DNA of 59,631 nucleotides, filler included, from Candidatus Zhuqueibacterota bacterium (GTDB lineage Bacteria; BS750m-G25), in the NCBI GenBank assembly GCA_016783505.1. It is 2 parts of 2 records of this genome, joined end to end, with 100 filler letters (N's around TTAATTAATTAA, not from the genome) between each part and the next. Parts side by side here need not be neighbours in the genome. Positions count along the whole stretch, not along the records: positions 1 to 29,822 come from JADHWK010000026.1; positions 29,923 to 59,631 come from JADHWK010000027.1. The stretch is one strand, 5' to 3'. The translations under genes and the position numbers were made by a program. The notes under the pieces are model-generated. The model was not told where the DNA came from, ran no database searches, and was given only the letters and a program-made list of their open reading frames with translations. Shown piece by piece: positions 29,628 to 40,638 of this stretch (position 1 is the first letter of the stretch; the number at the start of each line of letters is the position of its first letter).

Positions 29628-29822
29628 TTAGAGTTCCTTCACGGTAATGGAGTCATTCGTATAGATACAAATGGATGAAGCGATTTTCATGGCCTCCTCG
29701 GCGATCTCCCGGGCGGAAAGGTCGGTGTATTTCACCAACGCCCGGGCGGCGGCCAGGGCGTAAGGCCCGCCTGATCCGATGGCCACCACCTCATCATCGG
29801 GCTCGATAACCTCGCCTGTTCC
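29628..29822 (-). CDS. hslV: HslV protease, 3' part (cut by the contig end)
   Basis: [41 protein letters not shown]. Confidence 0.95.
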   Translation of the reverse strand, partial: GTGEVIEPDDEVVAIGSGGPYALAAARALVKYTDLSAREIAEEAMKIASSICIYTNDSITVKEL

Positions 29823-29922
29823 NNNNNNNNNNNNNNNNNNNNNNNNNNNNNNNNNNNNNNNNNNNNTTAATTAATTAANNNNNNNNNNNNNNNNNNNNNN
29901 NNNNNNNNNNNNNNNNNNNNNN
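29823..29922. other. Artificial contig spacer
   Basis: N44-TTAATTAATTAA-N44, giving stops in all six frames. Confidence 0.97.
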
Positions 29923-31178
29923 GCTTTCCCTGAATTAGTGAAAATTTTCAATATTGTCTTAGCTGCATCTTCTGCTGAGAATATGGCGTCAACGTTACCG
30001 TCTTTATTTATATCACCAAATGCAAATATATCCGAATTATACGAGAAGAGCAAACCGCTTTCGTTGGTTATATCTGAAAATGGACCATCAGCCATATTCA
30101 AAAATAGACGATTGTACTGATCAGGACCGGTATTCAAAACAAATAAATCGAGCAGATTATCCGAATTGACGTCAATGAAAGCGGCACCGGTAGATTTGTC
30201 ATTTAAGCTGCCATCAACGTAATAACGACCTGCTAGATCCTTGAAATAATTTCCTGTCCTCATTGAACCAATAATCACAATCCCTTTTTCTGAAGTTACA
30301 ATTCCGGTTCCGTCTGAAAATAGTTTTGCATCGTGGATTCGATAATTCGTGGGAATAGAGATTTTATCCCAACGGCCATCCCTGTATAGATGGAACGCTC
30401 CTTTTATACCATACGCAATCCCATGGTTTTTGTTGATAAAGAAAAACCTGATGAGACCTTTACCAGAAAAATTTTTATCGTAAGGCTCAAATTGTATGCC
30501 ATCATAACAGTAAATTGTCCCTTCACTTGTAAATGCAAGCCCTTCATCAGGGTCAAAAAATGTTAAGCCCTGAATATCAAATTGAGGATAGTCCTTTATG
30601 GGGACATTTTCAAAATTGACACCATTGTAATGGTAAATTCCTTCCGCCCGAGTGCTTAACCAGATATCTGTTTCAGAAATATAGGTAAAATCTAATATAT
30701 GGTGCTCTATGGGTGTGTTAATACGTTCCCAATGATTGTCAACCAGACGAAACAGTCGTCCCCAATCACCATACGCCCAGAAGTTGGTCGGAGAAACTTT
30801 ACATAAACCACGAACCGGAACATCGGCCACCAAAGCATATTTCAGCCATTTTCTGCCATCATAATAGAAAAAATGGGTTTTATAGCCTTGATCAATTGCA
30901 GAACATATAAAGCGGTTTAGACCTACAACGATATATCTGTAGTAGTTGATATCACTAATATCGGGTGGAGGAGAAGTGGTCCAGTTGTTTTTTATATAAT
31001 GATATAGATTTCCGGAATCATCAGATATCCAAAAATCATCTATAGACTCCGCACTTATAAGATAACAGTTCTCATGGGTGGGAACGTCTATTCTTCTCCA
31101 TTGAATGGTAGGATCCTGACCGAATGCAATAGCATTCGTGAAAACCCATAGTGATATAAACATTATCGTTTTGTTCAT
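29923..31178 (-). CDS. Secreted beta-propeller / FG-GAP repeat protein, partial
   Basis: Signal peptide, W-x-x-G propeller repeats, DVNSDNLLDL and GDINKDGNVD; runs into the gap. Confidence 0.75.
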
Positions 31179-31384
31179 GATTCAAATATACAAATAAAAA
31201 TCAAAAAATCCAAAAGTTTTTGTTGCCCATAAGGGTATCAGTGTTGCCTTTGAGGACAACACAAAGCAAATACGAATGCAAATCCATATACTGCGTAATT
31301 TATTTTATTCAATTACTTATGATAGATTGATTGATTTTGGCACGATATTGGCTTATATTTGGTATGTCAATTTGCTTGAATATC

Positions 31385-31612
31385 ATGCAAGATAAAAGCA
31401 GCGAAAAGTCCTACAAGATCTGCCCGAATTGCCAATTCTTCTGTAACGGGAAAGAGCGTGATGAATATTGTTCGATGTGTGGGACCAAACTTATTGGCAC
31501 ATGCCCCTCATGCAAAGGACAAATAGATAATCCCTACGCCAAGTGTTGTAAATTTTGCGGTATGCCCTATCCGAGGATAAAACAACAAGACGAAGGTAAG
31601 ATAAACTTTTGA
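31385..31612 (+). CDS. Double zinc ribbon protein
   Basis: Four CxxC pairs (CPNC, CSMC, CPSC, CKFC). Confidence 0.8.
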   Translation: MQDKSSEKSYKICPNCQFFCNGKERDEYCSMCGTKLIGTCPSCKGQIDNPYAKCCKFCGMPYPRIKQQDEGKINF

Positions 31613-31716
31613 TTAGCAAATTAAAAAGAGAGGAGGACAAAATGAAAGGTTGGAAAACCAAAGTTGTAGAACAAAAAAAGGGAATTTCCAATTTCTATTT
31701 GAAAGGAGAGTTTATC

Positions 31717-34647
31717 ATGAAAAGATCGCTCGTTTTGCTGATGACTGGGCTTATCTTACTCAGCTCATTCTCGCTGTTAGCCCAGGAAAAGTATGTGCTA
31801 CAACCCATCCAATCACTGAGTAATGCTTACCCTAAAGCGGTTGTTATAACCGAAACAGACACCCTCTTAAATGAAAGTTTTGAGGGAACAGTTACCGGCT
31901 GGACTATCATTGATAATGACGGGGATGGCTACGAATGGCAAGTCTACGAGGAGAACCCACCGCCAGATACAGTAGCACATAGTGGCATAAGGGGGGTTGG
32001 AGTTTACTATAATGAAAATGGAAATGATGACTGGCTCATTACGCCTCAGTTGAGCCTGTCATCCGGGGCAACTGTTACCTTTTCATTCTGGTCTCATTCA
32101 CATTCAGCATCTTTTCCCGAGGATTTTAATGTAAAATTATCTGCCAGTGATTCTAACATTGCTGACTTTACTGTTACCCTTGATGAGGTGACTAATGTGC
32201 CAGCCGCCTGGACCCAATACACCTATGATTTAAGTGATTATGCCGGTCAATCTATATATCTGGCGGTGCAATGTGTGTCAGTGAATGATTGGTATCTCTG
32301 GGCGGATGATTTCCTGGTAATAGTTGAAGAAGAAGGGGTTCTCACCGCTGATTTTACCGGCTCGCCCAGATCAGGCATTGCTCCGTTGACCGTTAATTTT
32401 ACGGATCAATCCACCGGCAGTTTCACCTCCTGGTCATGGGATTTTGGTGATGATGGGACGAGCACCGATCAAAACCCACAGCATACTTATAATAGTGTGG
32501 GAACTTATACTGTTTATCTTACTATTTCTGACGGCACAAATGAAGATACGGAAACAAAAACGGATTATATCACTGTTTCTGAATCAGTTGAACAAAATGG
32601 CTGGTTCTGGCAAAACCCCCTGCCCCAGGGTAATGCTCTTAGTTCCGTTTATACATTTGATGCCAATACTGCCATAGCCATTGGCGAGGTAGGCACTATC
32701 ATAAAGACTACCGACGGTGGTGCAAACTGGACCATACAGAACAGCGGGACTTCAGAAGACTTGTATTCCGTCCATTTCGTTGACGCCAACACCGGTTGGG
32801 TAGGTGGCTATGAGGGAGTTATCCTCCATACGACCAACGGTGGAGCAACCTGGACCGCACAAACCAGCGGAACCTGGAGAGATTTGAATTCCGTCCATTT
32901 TGCCAATGCCAACACCGGTTGGATGGTTGGCGACGGTGGGACAATTATCAAGACTACCAATGGGGGGGCAAACTGGACCGCAGACAGCAGTGGAACTACA
33001 AATGATTTGGAATCAGTCCATTTTGTTGATGCCAACACCGGTTGGGTAGTCGGTGAAGATGGAACTATCCTCAAGACCACTAATGGCGGAGGGACCTGGA
33101 CCGCAGAGAGCAGCGATGCCTGGGATTTGGACGCCGTCCATTTCGTTGATGCCAACACCGGTTGGGTAGTTGGTACATATGGAAGGATTCACAAGACCAC
33201 CAACGGCGGAACAGATTGGACTTTACAGACTAGCGGAACTACAAGCAGTTTGTGGTCAGTCCATTTCGTTGATGCCAATACCGGTTGGGCGATTGGCGGC
33301 ACCAGTGGGACTATCCTCCACACGACCAACGGTGGGACAGACTGGACTGCACAGACCAGCGGAATTTCAACTTATTTGAAATCTGTCCAGTTTGCCGATG
33401 CCAATACCGGTTGGACAGTTGGCGGTGAGGGAACTATCCTCAAGACTACTAACGGTGGAGGGACCTGGACCGCCCAGAACAGCGGATATACAGAGGGTTT
33501 GTATTCAGTCCATTCTGTTGATGCCAACACCGGTTGGGCAGTTGGCTATAATGGAACTATCCTCAATACGACTAACGGTGGAACAAACTGGACCGCACAG
33601 ACCAGCGGAACCTCAAGCACATTGTATTCCGTCCATTTTACCGATGCTACCACCGGCTGGGTAGTCGGTAATGATGGAACTGTCCTCCACACCACCAATG
33701 GTGGGGCAAACTGGACCGCACAGACCAGCGGAACTATAGAAAATTTGTATTCCGTCCATTTTGCCGATGCCAGCACTGGTTGGGCTGTTGGTTATGATGG
33801 AATTGTCCTCAATACGACTAACGGCGGAACAAACTGGACTGCACAAACCAGCGGAACTACAGAAAATTTGTATTCCGTCCATTTTGCCAATGCCAGCACT
33901 GGTTGGACAGTCGGCGCGAGTGGAACTATCCTCAATACGACCAACGGCGGAACAAACTGGACCGCACAGACCAGTGGAACTACAAAATATTTGCAATCTG
34001 TCCATTTTGTTGATGCTAACACTGGTTGGGTAGTTGGTCATGATGGAACTATCCTCCACACGACCAACGGTGGCGGAACCTGGAGCGCACAGACCAGCGG
34101 AACCTGGGCTGATTTGTATTCCGTTCATTTTGCCGATGCCAGCATCGGTTGGGCCGTTGGTACTGGTGGAAATATCTTCAAGACGACAGATGGTGGAGTA
34201 GGCTGGACCGAACAGCGTAGCGGAGTCTCAAGTTGGTATTACCTGCGTTCAGTCCATTATGTCGATTCCAATACCGGCTGGGTGGTTGGCAGTAGTGGAA
34301 CCATCCTCAAGACGACCACCGGAGGTGAAACCTCGGTTGAAGAAACAGGTGTTGCTATTCTTCCCACAACCCATTGGCTTTCACAGAACTTCCCCAATCC
34401 CTTTAATCCTTCAACCGAGATCAGATACAGCTTACCCAAAACCTCTGAGGTGAGTTTGAAAATCTACAATCTCTTAGGTCAAGAGATAGTAACCCTGGTT
34501 AATAACCAGTATCAACCGGTTGGCTTCTATCAAGTAAGCTGGGACGGGAGAGATAGTGCTGGTCAACTGGTCCCATCGGGAGTATACTTCTACCAACTCG
34601 ATACTAAAGAATTTGTCGAGACGAGAAAGATGATTCTTTTAAAGTAA
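31717..34647 (+). CDS. T9SS-type secreted protein: cleaved-adhesin-like domain, PKD domain, 14 YCF48/BNR repeats, C-terminal sorting domain
   Basis: Signal peptide, DDWLITP, WSWDFGD, 14 TTxGG repeats of ~42 aa, QNFPNPFNPST..KMILLK. Confidence 0.9.
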   Translation: MKRSLVLLMTGLILLSSFSLLAQEKYVLQPIQSLSNAYPKAVVITETDTLLNESFEGTVTGWTIIDNDGDGYEWQVYEENPPPDTVAHSGIRGVGVYYNENGNDDWLITPQLSLSSGATVTFSFWSHSHSASFPEDFNVKLSASDSNIADFTVTLDEVTNVPAAWTQYTYDLSDYAGQSIYLAVQCVSVNDWYLWADDFLVIVEEEGVLTADFTGSPRSGIAPLTVNFTDQSTGSFTSWSWDFGDDGTSTDQNPQHTYNSVGTYTVYLTISDGTNEDTETKTDYITVSESVEQNGWFWQNPLPQGNALSSVYTFDANTAIAIGEVGTIIKTTDGGANWTIQNSGTSEDLYSVHFVDANTGWVGGYEGVILHTTNGGATWTAQTSGTWRDLNSVHFANANTGWMVGDGGTIIKTTNGGANWTADSSGTTNDLESVHFVDANTGWVVGEDGTILKTTNGGGTWTAESSDAWDLDAVHFVDANTGWVVGTYGRIHKTTNGGTDWTLQTSGTTSSLWSVHFVDANTGWAIGGTSGTILHTTNGGTDWTAQTSGISTYLKSVQFADANTGWTVGGEGTILKTTNGGGTWTAQNSGYTEGLYSVHSVDANTGWAVGYNGTILNTTNGGTNWTAQTSGTSSTLYSVHFTDATTGWVVGNDGTVLHTTNGGANWTAQTSGTIENLYSVHFADASTGWAVGYDGIVLNTTNGGTNWTAQTSGTTENLYSVHFANASTGWTVGASGTILNTTNGGTNWTAQTSGTTKYLQSVHFVDANTGWVVGHDGTILHTTNGGGTWSAQTSGTWADLYSVHFADASIGWAVGTGGNIFKTTDGGVGWTEQRSGVSSWYYLRSVHYVDSNTGWVVGSSGTILKTTTGGETSVEETGVAILPTTHWLSQNFPNPFNPSTEIRYSLPKTSEVSLKIYNLLGQEIVTLVNNQYQPVGFYQVSWDGRDSAGQLVPSGVYFYQLDTKEFVETRKMILLK

Positions 34648-34687
34648 CTTGTTAGATATGTAAAAATAATGATATTGATAACATTGA

Positions 34688-34720
34688 AAAGGCCCCATCG
34701 AAACGGTGGGGCTTTGTTTT
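34688..34720 (+). terminator. Intrinsic terminator
   Basis: GGCCCCATCG-AAA-CGGTGGGGCT followed by a T-rich tail. Confidence 0.8.
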
Positions 34721-34814
34721 TAATACCCATTGATTTACGGCCTTTAATCCGCTGTTTTTTTCATGATGACATAGGAAAGTATAAAAGCGTATTTGATAAA
34801 GGACAATTTTTTTC

Positions 34815-34843
34815 TTGACTTTTGGGGAGAATTTTTATAAATT
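34815..34843 (+). promoter_or_regulatory. tRNA promoter
   Basis: TTGACT-N17-TAAATT. Confidence 0.65.
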
Positions 34844-34856
34844 ACCAGTGGTTTTT

Positions 34857-34929
34857 GCGAATGTAACTCAGTCGGTAGAGTGCCAGCTTCCCAAGCTGGA
34901 TGTCGCGGGTTCGATCCCCGTCATTCGCT
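34857..34929 (+). tRNA. tRNA-Gly(CCC)
   Basis: Acceptor GCGAATG/CATTCGC, anticodon arm CCAGC-TTCCCAA-GCTGG, GTTCGA T-loop; CCA not encoded. Confidence 0.97.
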
Positions 34930-34932
34930 CAT

Positions 34933-34960
34933 AAAAGCCCGATCCCAGCATCGGGCTTTT
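34933..34960 (+). terminator. Intrinsic terminator after the tRNA
   Basis: AAAAGCCCGAT..ATCGGGCTTTT. Confidence 0.85.
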
Positions 34961-35249
34961 GTGTTTATATGTGAGATTTTCCTTGCATTTTTCCAAATAA
35001 AGGTTAAATTTTATCAACATCCGATAAGGCCTTGGCCAGGGGATTTTTAATCGGGAAATACCGGAAGGGTTGATAAGGGAAGAGCGGAATCGTTTGAATG
35101 AGACAAATGCATGGTGTAAGGGAGTATAGAGGTTAATCCGTTTCTAACCTGCTCTTTCAGTTTATTCCAGAAAGAATTTTCTTACCCCTAATCCCGTCCC
35201 AAGATCGTTTAACAAGGTCCTTCGGGACGGGAATAAAAACGGTGCAGAA

Positions 35250-35345
35250 CCCTAATTTTTAGACAGCGGTCGAGCTTGGTCATGGCTTCGGGGGGAAAGG
35301 AACCCAGCTTTCTAAGGATAGCTCTTTTGGGGACGATGATAATTT
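35250..35345 (-). pseudogene. Possible PemK/MazF toxin C-terminal remnant
   Basis: IIIVPKRAILRKLGSFPPEAMTKLDRCLKI resembles the MazF C-terminus. Confidence 0.4.
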
Positions 35346-35445
35346 CTTCAGTTTTTACAAAAAAATTACTTGAACGTATAGAAAAATATGCGTATATTTG
35401 GGAAGTAGAAGATAGAAGATTAAAATCACTAAGGCGGTTGTTAAT

Positions 35446-36726
35446 ATGAAGATATTGGTCGTCGGCGGTGGGGGACGGGAACACGCCTTGGTCTGGAAAC
35501 TTAGCCAGAGCCCGAAGGTTGAGAAGATATTCTGCGCCTCCGGTAACGCCGGAATTTCACAGATAGCCCAGTGCGTGGACATGGGGGACTCGGTGTTCGA
35601 ATCCCTGGCCCACTTCGCTGAGGAAAACGGTATTGATCTGACTGTGGTCGGGCCCGAGGTCCCATTGGTCAAGGGGATTGTGGACTATTTCCAGGAGCGA
35701 GAGCTGCCCATCTTCGGACCCACCAGGCAGGCGGCCCAGATCGAGGGGAGCAAGTGCTTCGCCAAGGAGTTTATGGCCCGACACGACATCCCCACCGCTG
35801 CATTTCAGAATTTTGACAACCCGGATGACGCTATTGATTATATCAAAACCCTGGGTGCCCCGGTGGTGATCAAGGCCGACGGTCTGGCGGCGGGGAAGGG
35901 ATCCATCGTTTGCCCCACCGTGGAGGAGGCCTTTGGTGCTGTGAAGGCCGCCATGATTGACGAGAGGTTCGGCCCCGCTGGTCGGGAAATCGTTATTGAA
36001 GAATTCCTAGAGGGGGAAGAGGCTTCTGTGTTTGCCCTCACCGACGGCCAGGATTTTATCAACCTGGCCCCGGCCCAGGATCATAAGCCCATTTTTGACG
36101 GTGATAAGGGGCCCAATACCGGAGGAATGGGGGCCTACGCCCCGGCCCCGTTAGTTCATCCCCTGCTGATGAAACAGATTGAGCATGAAATCATCGAAGC
36201 CACGATCCAGGGCATGAACCAGGAGGGACGGGAGTATCGGGGGATGCTCTACTGCGGGCTGATGATCACCCCGGAAGGACTCAAGGTGGTGGAGTTCAAC
36301 TGCCGTTTCGGCGACCCGGAAACCCAGGCCGTCCTGCCGCTGATGGGTGAAGACCTTCTGGACCTCCTGCTGGCTTCGGTGGATGGCAACATAAAGGAAT
36401 GGAAAGCTAAAAGCGATCCCGGAATGGGCGAAGAAAAATCCGCCGTCTGCGTTGTGTTGGCTTCGGGAGGGTATCCGGGAGGCTACCAAAAAGGGAAAGA
36501 AATTACAGGGCTGGAAAAAGTAGAATCGGGCACTTTGATCTTTCACGCCGGGACAAGATGGGATGGATCCAGAATACTCACCAATGGCGGTCGGGTGCTG
36601 GGGGTAACGGTGGTGGGGGATGACTTAGAATCAGCCATCAAAAGGGTCTATCAGGAAATTTCTAAGATTCAATTTGAAAATATGTATTATCGAAAGGATA
36701 TCGGTTTAAAGGGATTAAAAAGATGA
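35446..36726 (+). CDS. purD: Phosphoribosylamine-glycine ligase
   Basis: GGGGREHAL, KADGLAAGKG, GPNTGGMG, RFGDPE. Confidence 0.98.
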   Translation: MKILVVGGGGREHALVWKLSQSPKVEKIFCASGNAGISQIAQCVDMGDSVFESLAHFAEENGIDLTVVGPEVPLVKGIVDYFQERELPIFGPTRQAAQIEGSKCFAKEFMARHDIPTAAFQNFDNPDDAIDYIKTLGAPVVIKADGLAAGKGSIVCPTVEEAFGAVKAAMIDERFGPAGREIVIEEFLEGEEASVFALTDGQDFINLAPAQDHKPIFDGDKGPNTGGMGAYAPAPLVHPLLMKQIEHEIIEATIQGMNQEGREYRGMLYCGLMITPEGLKVVEFNCRFGDPETQAVLPLMGEDLLDLLLASVDGNIKEWKAKSDPGMGEEKSAVCVVLASGGYPGGYQKGKEITGLEKVESGTLIFHAGTRWDGSRILTNGGRVLGVTVVGDDLESAIKRVYQEISKIQFENMYYRKDIGLKGLKR

Positions 36727-36794
36727 AATTCAACATAACTAGTGAAGCAAAACACAAACTGCTAATGTCAATAATGGCAAGATAATCGCAATTA

Positions 36795-37034
36795 ATGAGT
36801 CCTACTATATTTCGATATAAAGGTTACCGTTTCTTTTTCTTCTCACGAGAGGAAAAGCGGATACATGTTCATGTATCTTGCCCTAATGGGGAAGCAAAGT
36901 TCTGGTTAGAACCAGTGATCGCATTAGTACAACAATATGGTTTGTCACCAAAGCAGCTAAAAGAACTGCAAAAAATTATTGAGGAACGAAATGATGAAAT
37001 TACAAAAGCTTGGAAAAAACATTTCAGATGTTGA
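36795..37034 (+). CDS. DUF4160 protein (putative TA component)
   Basis: YRFFFFSREE..HVHV..EAKFWL. Confidence 0.85.
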   Translation: MSPTIFRYKGYRFFFFSREEKRIHVHVSCPNGEAKFWLEPVIALVQQYGLSPKQLKELQKIIEERNDEITKAWKKHFRC

Positions 37035-37254
37035 AATTCAGAATATTTCTATTTATGGCATCTGGTTGTATGTAAATGGTAAAGAATATTTCTTGTCTTA
37101 TAAAGAATATCCATGGTTCAAAGATGCAAAAGTAACAGAAATTTACAATTTAGAATTGCTTCATGATGTGCATCTCTATTGGCCGGATTTGGATGTTGAT
37201 TTAGAACTAGAATCTCTTGAGAATCCAGAGAAATACCCTTTGGTTTATGAATAG
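36991..37254 (+). CDS. DUF2442 protein (putative TA partner)
   Basis: YPWFKDA..HLYWPDLDVDL. Confidence 0.85.
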   Translation: MMKLQKLGKNISDVEIQNISIYGIWLYVNGKEYFLSYKEYPWFKDAKVTEIYNLELLHDVHLYWPDLDVDLELESLENPEKYPLVYE

Positions 37255-37291
37255 ATTTTAGACTAATGACCTATAATAAGAGGATGGGTTT

Positions 37292-38224
37292 ATGAAAATC
37301 TTAGTCACTGGTGGGGCAGGGTTTATCGGATCGCATGTGGTTGATATTTATGTGGAGAACGGTCATGAGGTGGTGGTGCTCGATAATTTATCTACCGGGG
37401 ATCGGGCCAACCTGAACCCGAAGGCCACATTTTATCTCAAAGACATCCGTGACCGGGATATGGGCGGTATCTTTGCCCGGGAAAAGTTCGAAATCGTTAA
37501 TCACCACGCCGCTCAGATGGACGTGCGTAAGTCGGTGGATGATCCCGGCTATGACGCTGACGTGAACGTTCTGGGAACCGTCAACCTGCTTCAGCTTTGT
37601 GCTAAGAGCGGGGTGAAAAAGTTCATCTTCGCCTCCACCGGGGGGGCGATCTATGGGGAACAGCGGACCTTTCCCGCTGATGAGGAACATCTCACCCGGC
37701 CCCTTTCCCCTTATGGAGTGACTAAATTGACGGGGGAAAAATATCTGCATTTTTACCAGCAAACCTACGGCCTCGACTATGTTGTCCTCCGTTATAGCAA
37801 CGTCTACGGGCCGCGTCAGAACCCCCACGGAGAAGCGGGGGTGGTGGCTATTTTTGCCAGCAATCTGCTGGCGGGAAAGCCGGCGGTCATCAACGGCGAT
37901 GGGTCCCAGACCCGGGATTACGTCTACGTAGGGGACGTGGCCCGGTCCAATTTGCTGGCCTTGAACCATACCGGGCCTCAAATCTTCAACATCGGCACCG
38001 GTCTGGAGACCGACGTCAATACCATTTTCAAGGAACTAAACCGGGTAAGCGGGACGGGCCAAAAGGAAATCCATGTTCCCCCCAAGCCGGGGGAACAGCG
38101 CCGCAGCGTGATTAATAACAGAAAAGCTAAAGCCGTTTTAGGATGGGAGCCGGGGGTGGAGCTCAGCACTGGACTGGAAAAGACGGTGGATTTTTTCCGG
38201 AAGAAAATGGGGATTATCAGATGA
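37292..38224 (+). CDS. UDP-glucose 4-epimerase family protein
   Basis: TGGAGFIG, STGGAIYG, YGVTK, GEAGVVAIF. Confidence 0.92.
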   Translation: MKILVTGGAGFIGSHVVDIYVENGHEVVVLDNLSTGDRANLNPKATFYLKDIRDRDMGGIFAREKFEIVNHHAAQMDVRKSVDDPGYDADVNVLGTVNLLQLCAKSGVKKFIFASTGGAIYGEQRTFPADEEHLTRPLSPYGVTKLTGEKYLHFYQQTYGLDYVVLRYSNVYGPRQNPHGEAGVVAIFASNLLAGKPAVINGDGSQTRDYVYVGDVARSNLLALNHTGPQIFNIGTGLETDVNTIFKELNRVSGTGQKEIHVPPKPGEQRRSVINNRKAKAVLGWEPGVELSTGLEKTVDFFRKKMGIIR

Positions 38225-38380
38225 TGGAATAATGGAATAATGGAAGGATGTAATATTGGAATAATGCCCTGGTTTAAAAAGATAGTAGAATGCAGTTATT
38301 GGTTTTGATCCCAATATTCCATTACTCCATCACCCCAGTTCCTTCGAGAGGGCTAACTACAAACACAGGAGAGGACTTCC

Positions 38381-39148
38381 ATGTCCAGAGTAATCTTGAC
38401 AGGTACGGCGGCGGGGCTGCCGGTCCTTGACCGGATGAACGCCTCCTGGGTGTTACAATATAAGGAACATACTTTTCTCTTCGACGCCGGGGAGGGGGTC
38501 AGCCGTTCTCTGCTTTCCAGTAAAATTGATCCCCACGACATCGAAAAGATCTTCATCTCCCACACCCATCCGGACCACATCTCCGGTCTCCCCGTTCTCC
38601 TGCAGATGATGTTCATGACCGACCGCCGCTCCCCCCTGGAAATTTACCTTCCAGCCAGCAATCTGCCCATTATAGAGCGGTTTTTATTGGGGGTTTATCT
38701 CATCCCGGAAAAGATGACTTACTCCTATACCCTCATGCCCATCAGGGACAATCCGGTCTTTAAAACTGAAGGAATCGAGATCAACGTCTTTCCTAACGGC
38801 CATCTGGACCTGGTGGCTCCGCTGGCCCGGCAGAACGGAGTCGGGGCGGAGAGCTATGGGTTTGACATTAAGATAAACGGAAAAAGGGTGATTTATACCT
38901 CTGACTTTCAGCGCACCGATGACATTGAAAAATACGTTACCACTGCCGACCTTTTGATCGTAGAATGTTCCCACGCCGGGTTTGAGGAAATTTTAGAGTT
39001 TCTCCAAAGTAGAAAAATTGGCCGTACCGTTTTAAACCACATTCTCCCCCAACAGCAGAAAGAGGCCGAAGCCCTGCCTATCTTAGCACAGAAATACGGG
39101 GTAGAAAATGTCTCCGTAGCCGCAGATGGGATGATTTTTGAAATTTAG
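38381..39148 (+). CDS. MBL-fold hydrolase, RNase Z-like
   Basis: LTGT, FDAGEG, SHTHPDH, YTSD. Confidence 0.8.
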   Translation: MSRVILTGTAAGLPVLDRMNASWVLQYKEHTFLFDAGEGVSRSLLSSKIDPHDIEKIFISHTHPDHISGLPVLLQMMFMTDRRSPLEIYLPASNLPIIERFLLGVYLIPEKMTYSYTLMPIRDNPVFKTEGIEINVFPNGHLDLVAPLARQNGVGAESYGFDIKINGKRVIYTSDFQRTDDIEKYVTTADLLIVECSHAGFEEILEFLQSRKIGRTVLNHILPQQQKEAEALPILAQKYGVENVSVAADGMIFEI

Positions 39149-39490
39149 CCCGACTTCCGCAGATCAAAATTACATTCCTTTTAATAAGCGGTCTTTGAGG
39201 ATTAAAAAGTCGGAAGTGTTCTATGGGAATAAATATATTAGGTGATCAGGATATCAGTGGGAAGAATATCAGATATAAGAAGATCAGAAGAACAGGATAG
39301 GATAAACGAGCTAAATATTATCCCAATAGGATAATCTGGTATTCTGATATCCTGATTTCCTTCCTACTGATCTACTGATATTCCGATTTACTTTAAATCT
39401 CGGCATTTCTGATAATTTACTTTAAAAAATGGTTAGATAGCGTAAAATCGGGTGATCATTTAAAAAGATTGACTAGGGATGTAAATAAGG

Positions 39491-40636
39491 ATGGATGACA
39501 AAACCCTATTAGGGCCCCCTAAGCAGGCCCTCCCCCCTCAAAGGTATGGTATTATCGGCAAATCCCCCGGGATCCGTCAGATCATCGAGATCATTAACCA
39601 GGTGGCCCCCACCGACATCTCGGTGTTGATCAGCGGTGAGAGTGGCACTGGCAAGGAGTTGATCGCCAAGGCCATCCATCAGCAAAGCTTGAGGCGGGCT
39701 AAGCCCCTGGTGACCGTCAACATCAGCGCCATCCCTGAAGGACTTTTGGAAAGTGAGCTCTTCGGTCACGAGCGGGGGGCGTTCACCGGGGCCGACAAGG
39801 TGCGTCAGGGATATTTTGAGCTGGCCCACCAGGGAACGGTTTTTTTGGATGAGATCGGGGAGATGCCGCTGGCCACCCAGGTAAAAATTCTCCGGGTGCT
39901 GGAGAGCGGGGAGTTCAACCGACTGGGCTCAAGTCAGCCCAGGCACTGCGATGTACGGGTGATTGCCGCCACCAATAAGAACCTGGACCGGGCTCTGGAG
40001 CGGGGTGAATTCAGGGAGGACCTTTACTACCGGCTGCGGGCGGTCACCATCCAGGTACCCCCCCTCCGTGAGAGAAAAGGGGATGTCCCTGGGTTGGTAC
40101 AGGTTTTTGTCAGGGATTTTTGCCGGGTCAATAATATCAATCAACCTGCGATTACTCCTGAGGGGATGAGGCTTTTGGAAAACCATTACTGGGCGGGCAA
40201 CGTCCGGGAGCTCAAAAATTTTGTAGAAAGCCTGGTGATTTTAGAGCGGGGAAAGATACTGGACGAAAAAAATATCCTCAAATATCTTAATCAGACACGA
40301 AGGGGGGAAAGTCACCTGCCCGTTCATCTGGACAAAACCGCCGAGCAGGCGGAGCGGGAGCTCATCTACCGCACCCTGTTGGATCTGCGGCGAGAGATGG
40401 CCGACATCAAGAGCCTTCTCCTGGGAAGGACCTGGCTCCCTCAGGACCGAAAGGTGGAGCCCGGGGGGTTAGTAGAGGAAACGGGCGAGATCGGGGAGGT
40501 CACCGTTGAAGACATGGAAAAGGAGCTCATCCGACGCACCCTGACCGAATTCGGGGGTAACCGAAGAAAGACGGCCAAGGCGCTGGGGATCGGGGAAAGA
40601 ACACTGTATCGGAAGATTAAACAGTATGATCTTTAG
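39491..40636 (+). CDS. Sigma54-dependent activator with no sensor domain
   Basis: GESGTGKE, GAFTGA, C-terminal Fis HTH. Confidence 0.93.
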   Translation: MDDKTLLGPPKQALPPQRYGIIGKSPGIRQIIEIINQVAPTDISVLISGESGTGKELIAKAIHQQSLRRAKPLVTVNISAIPEGLLESELFGHERGAFTGADKVRQGYFELAHQGTVFLDEIGEMPLATQVKILRVLESGEFNRLGSSQPRHCDVRVIAATNKNLDRALERGEFREDLYYRLRAVTIQVPPLRERKGDVPGLVQVFVRDFCRVNNINQPAITPEGMRLLENHYWAGNVRELKNFVESLVILERGKILDEKNILKYLNQTRRGESHLPVHLDKTAEQAERELIYRTLLDLRREMADIKSLLLGRTWLPQDRKVEPGGLVEETGEIGEVTVEDMEKELIRRTLTEFGGNRRKTAKALGIGERTLYRKIKQYDL

Positions 40637-40638
40637 AA

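Noticed and set aside
29823-29922. TTAATTAATTAA palindrome and apparent hslV/FG-GAP adjacency
   Set aside because: Artificial spacer; gene order across it carries no information
32660-34325. Periodic repeats as a CRISPR array
   Set aside because: They are in-frame protein repeats with no unique spacers
34857-34929. tRNA-Gly as an integration site
   Set aside because: No duplicated 3' end or integrase seen, and a terminator follows directly
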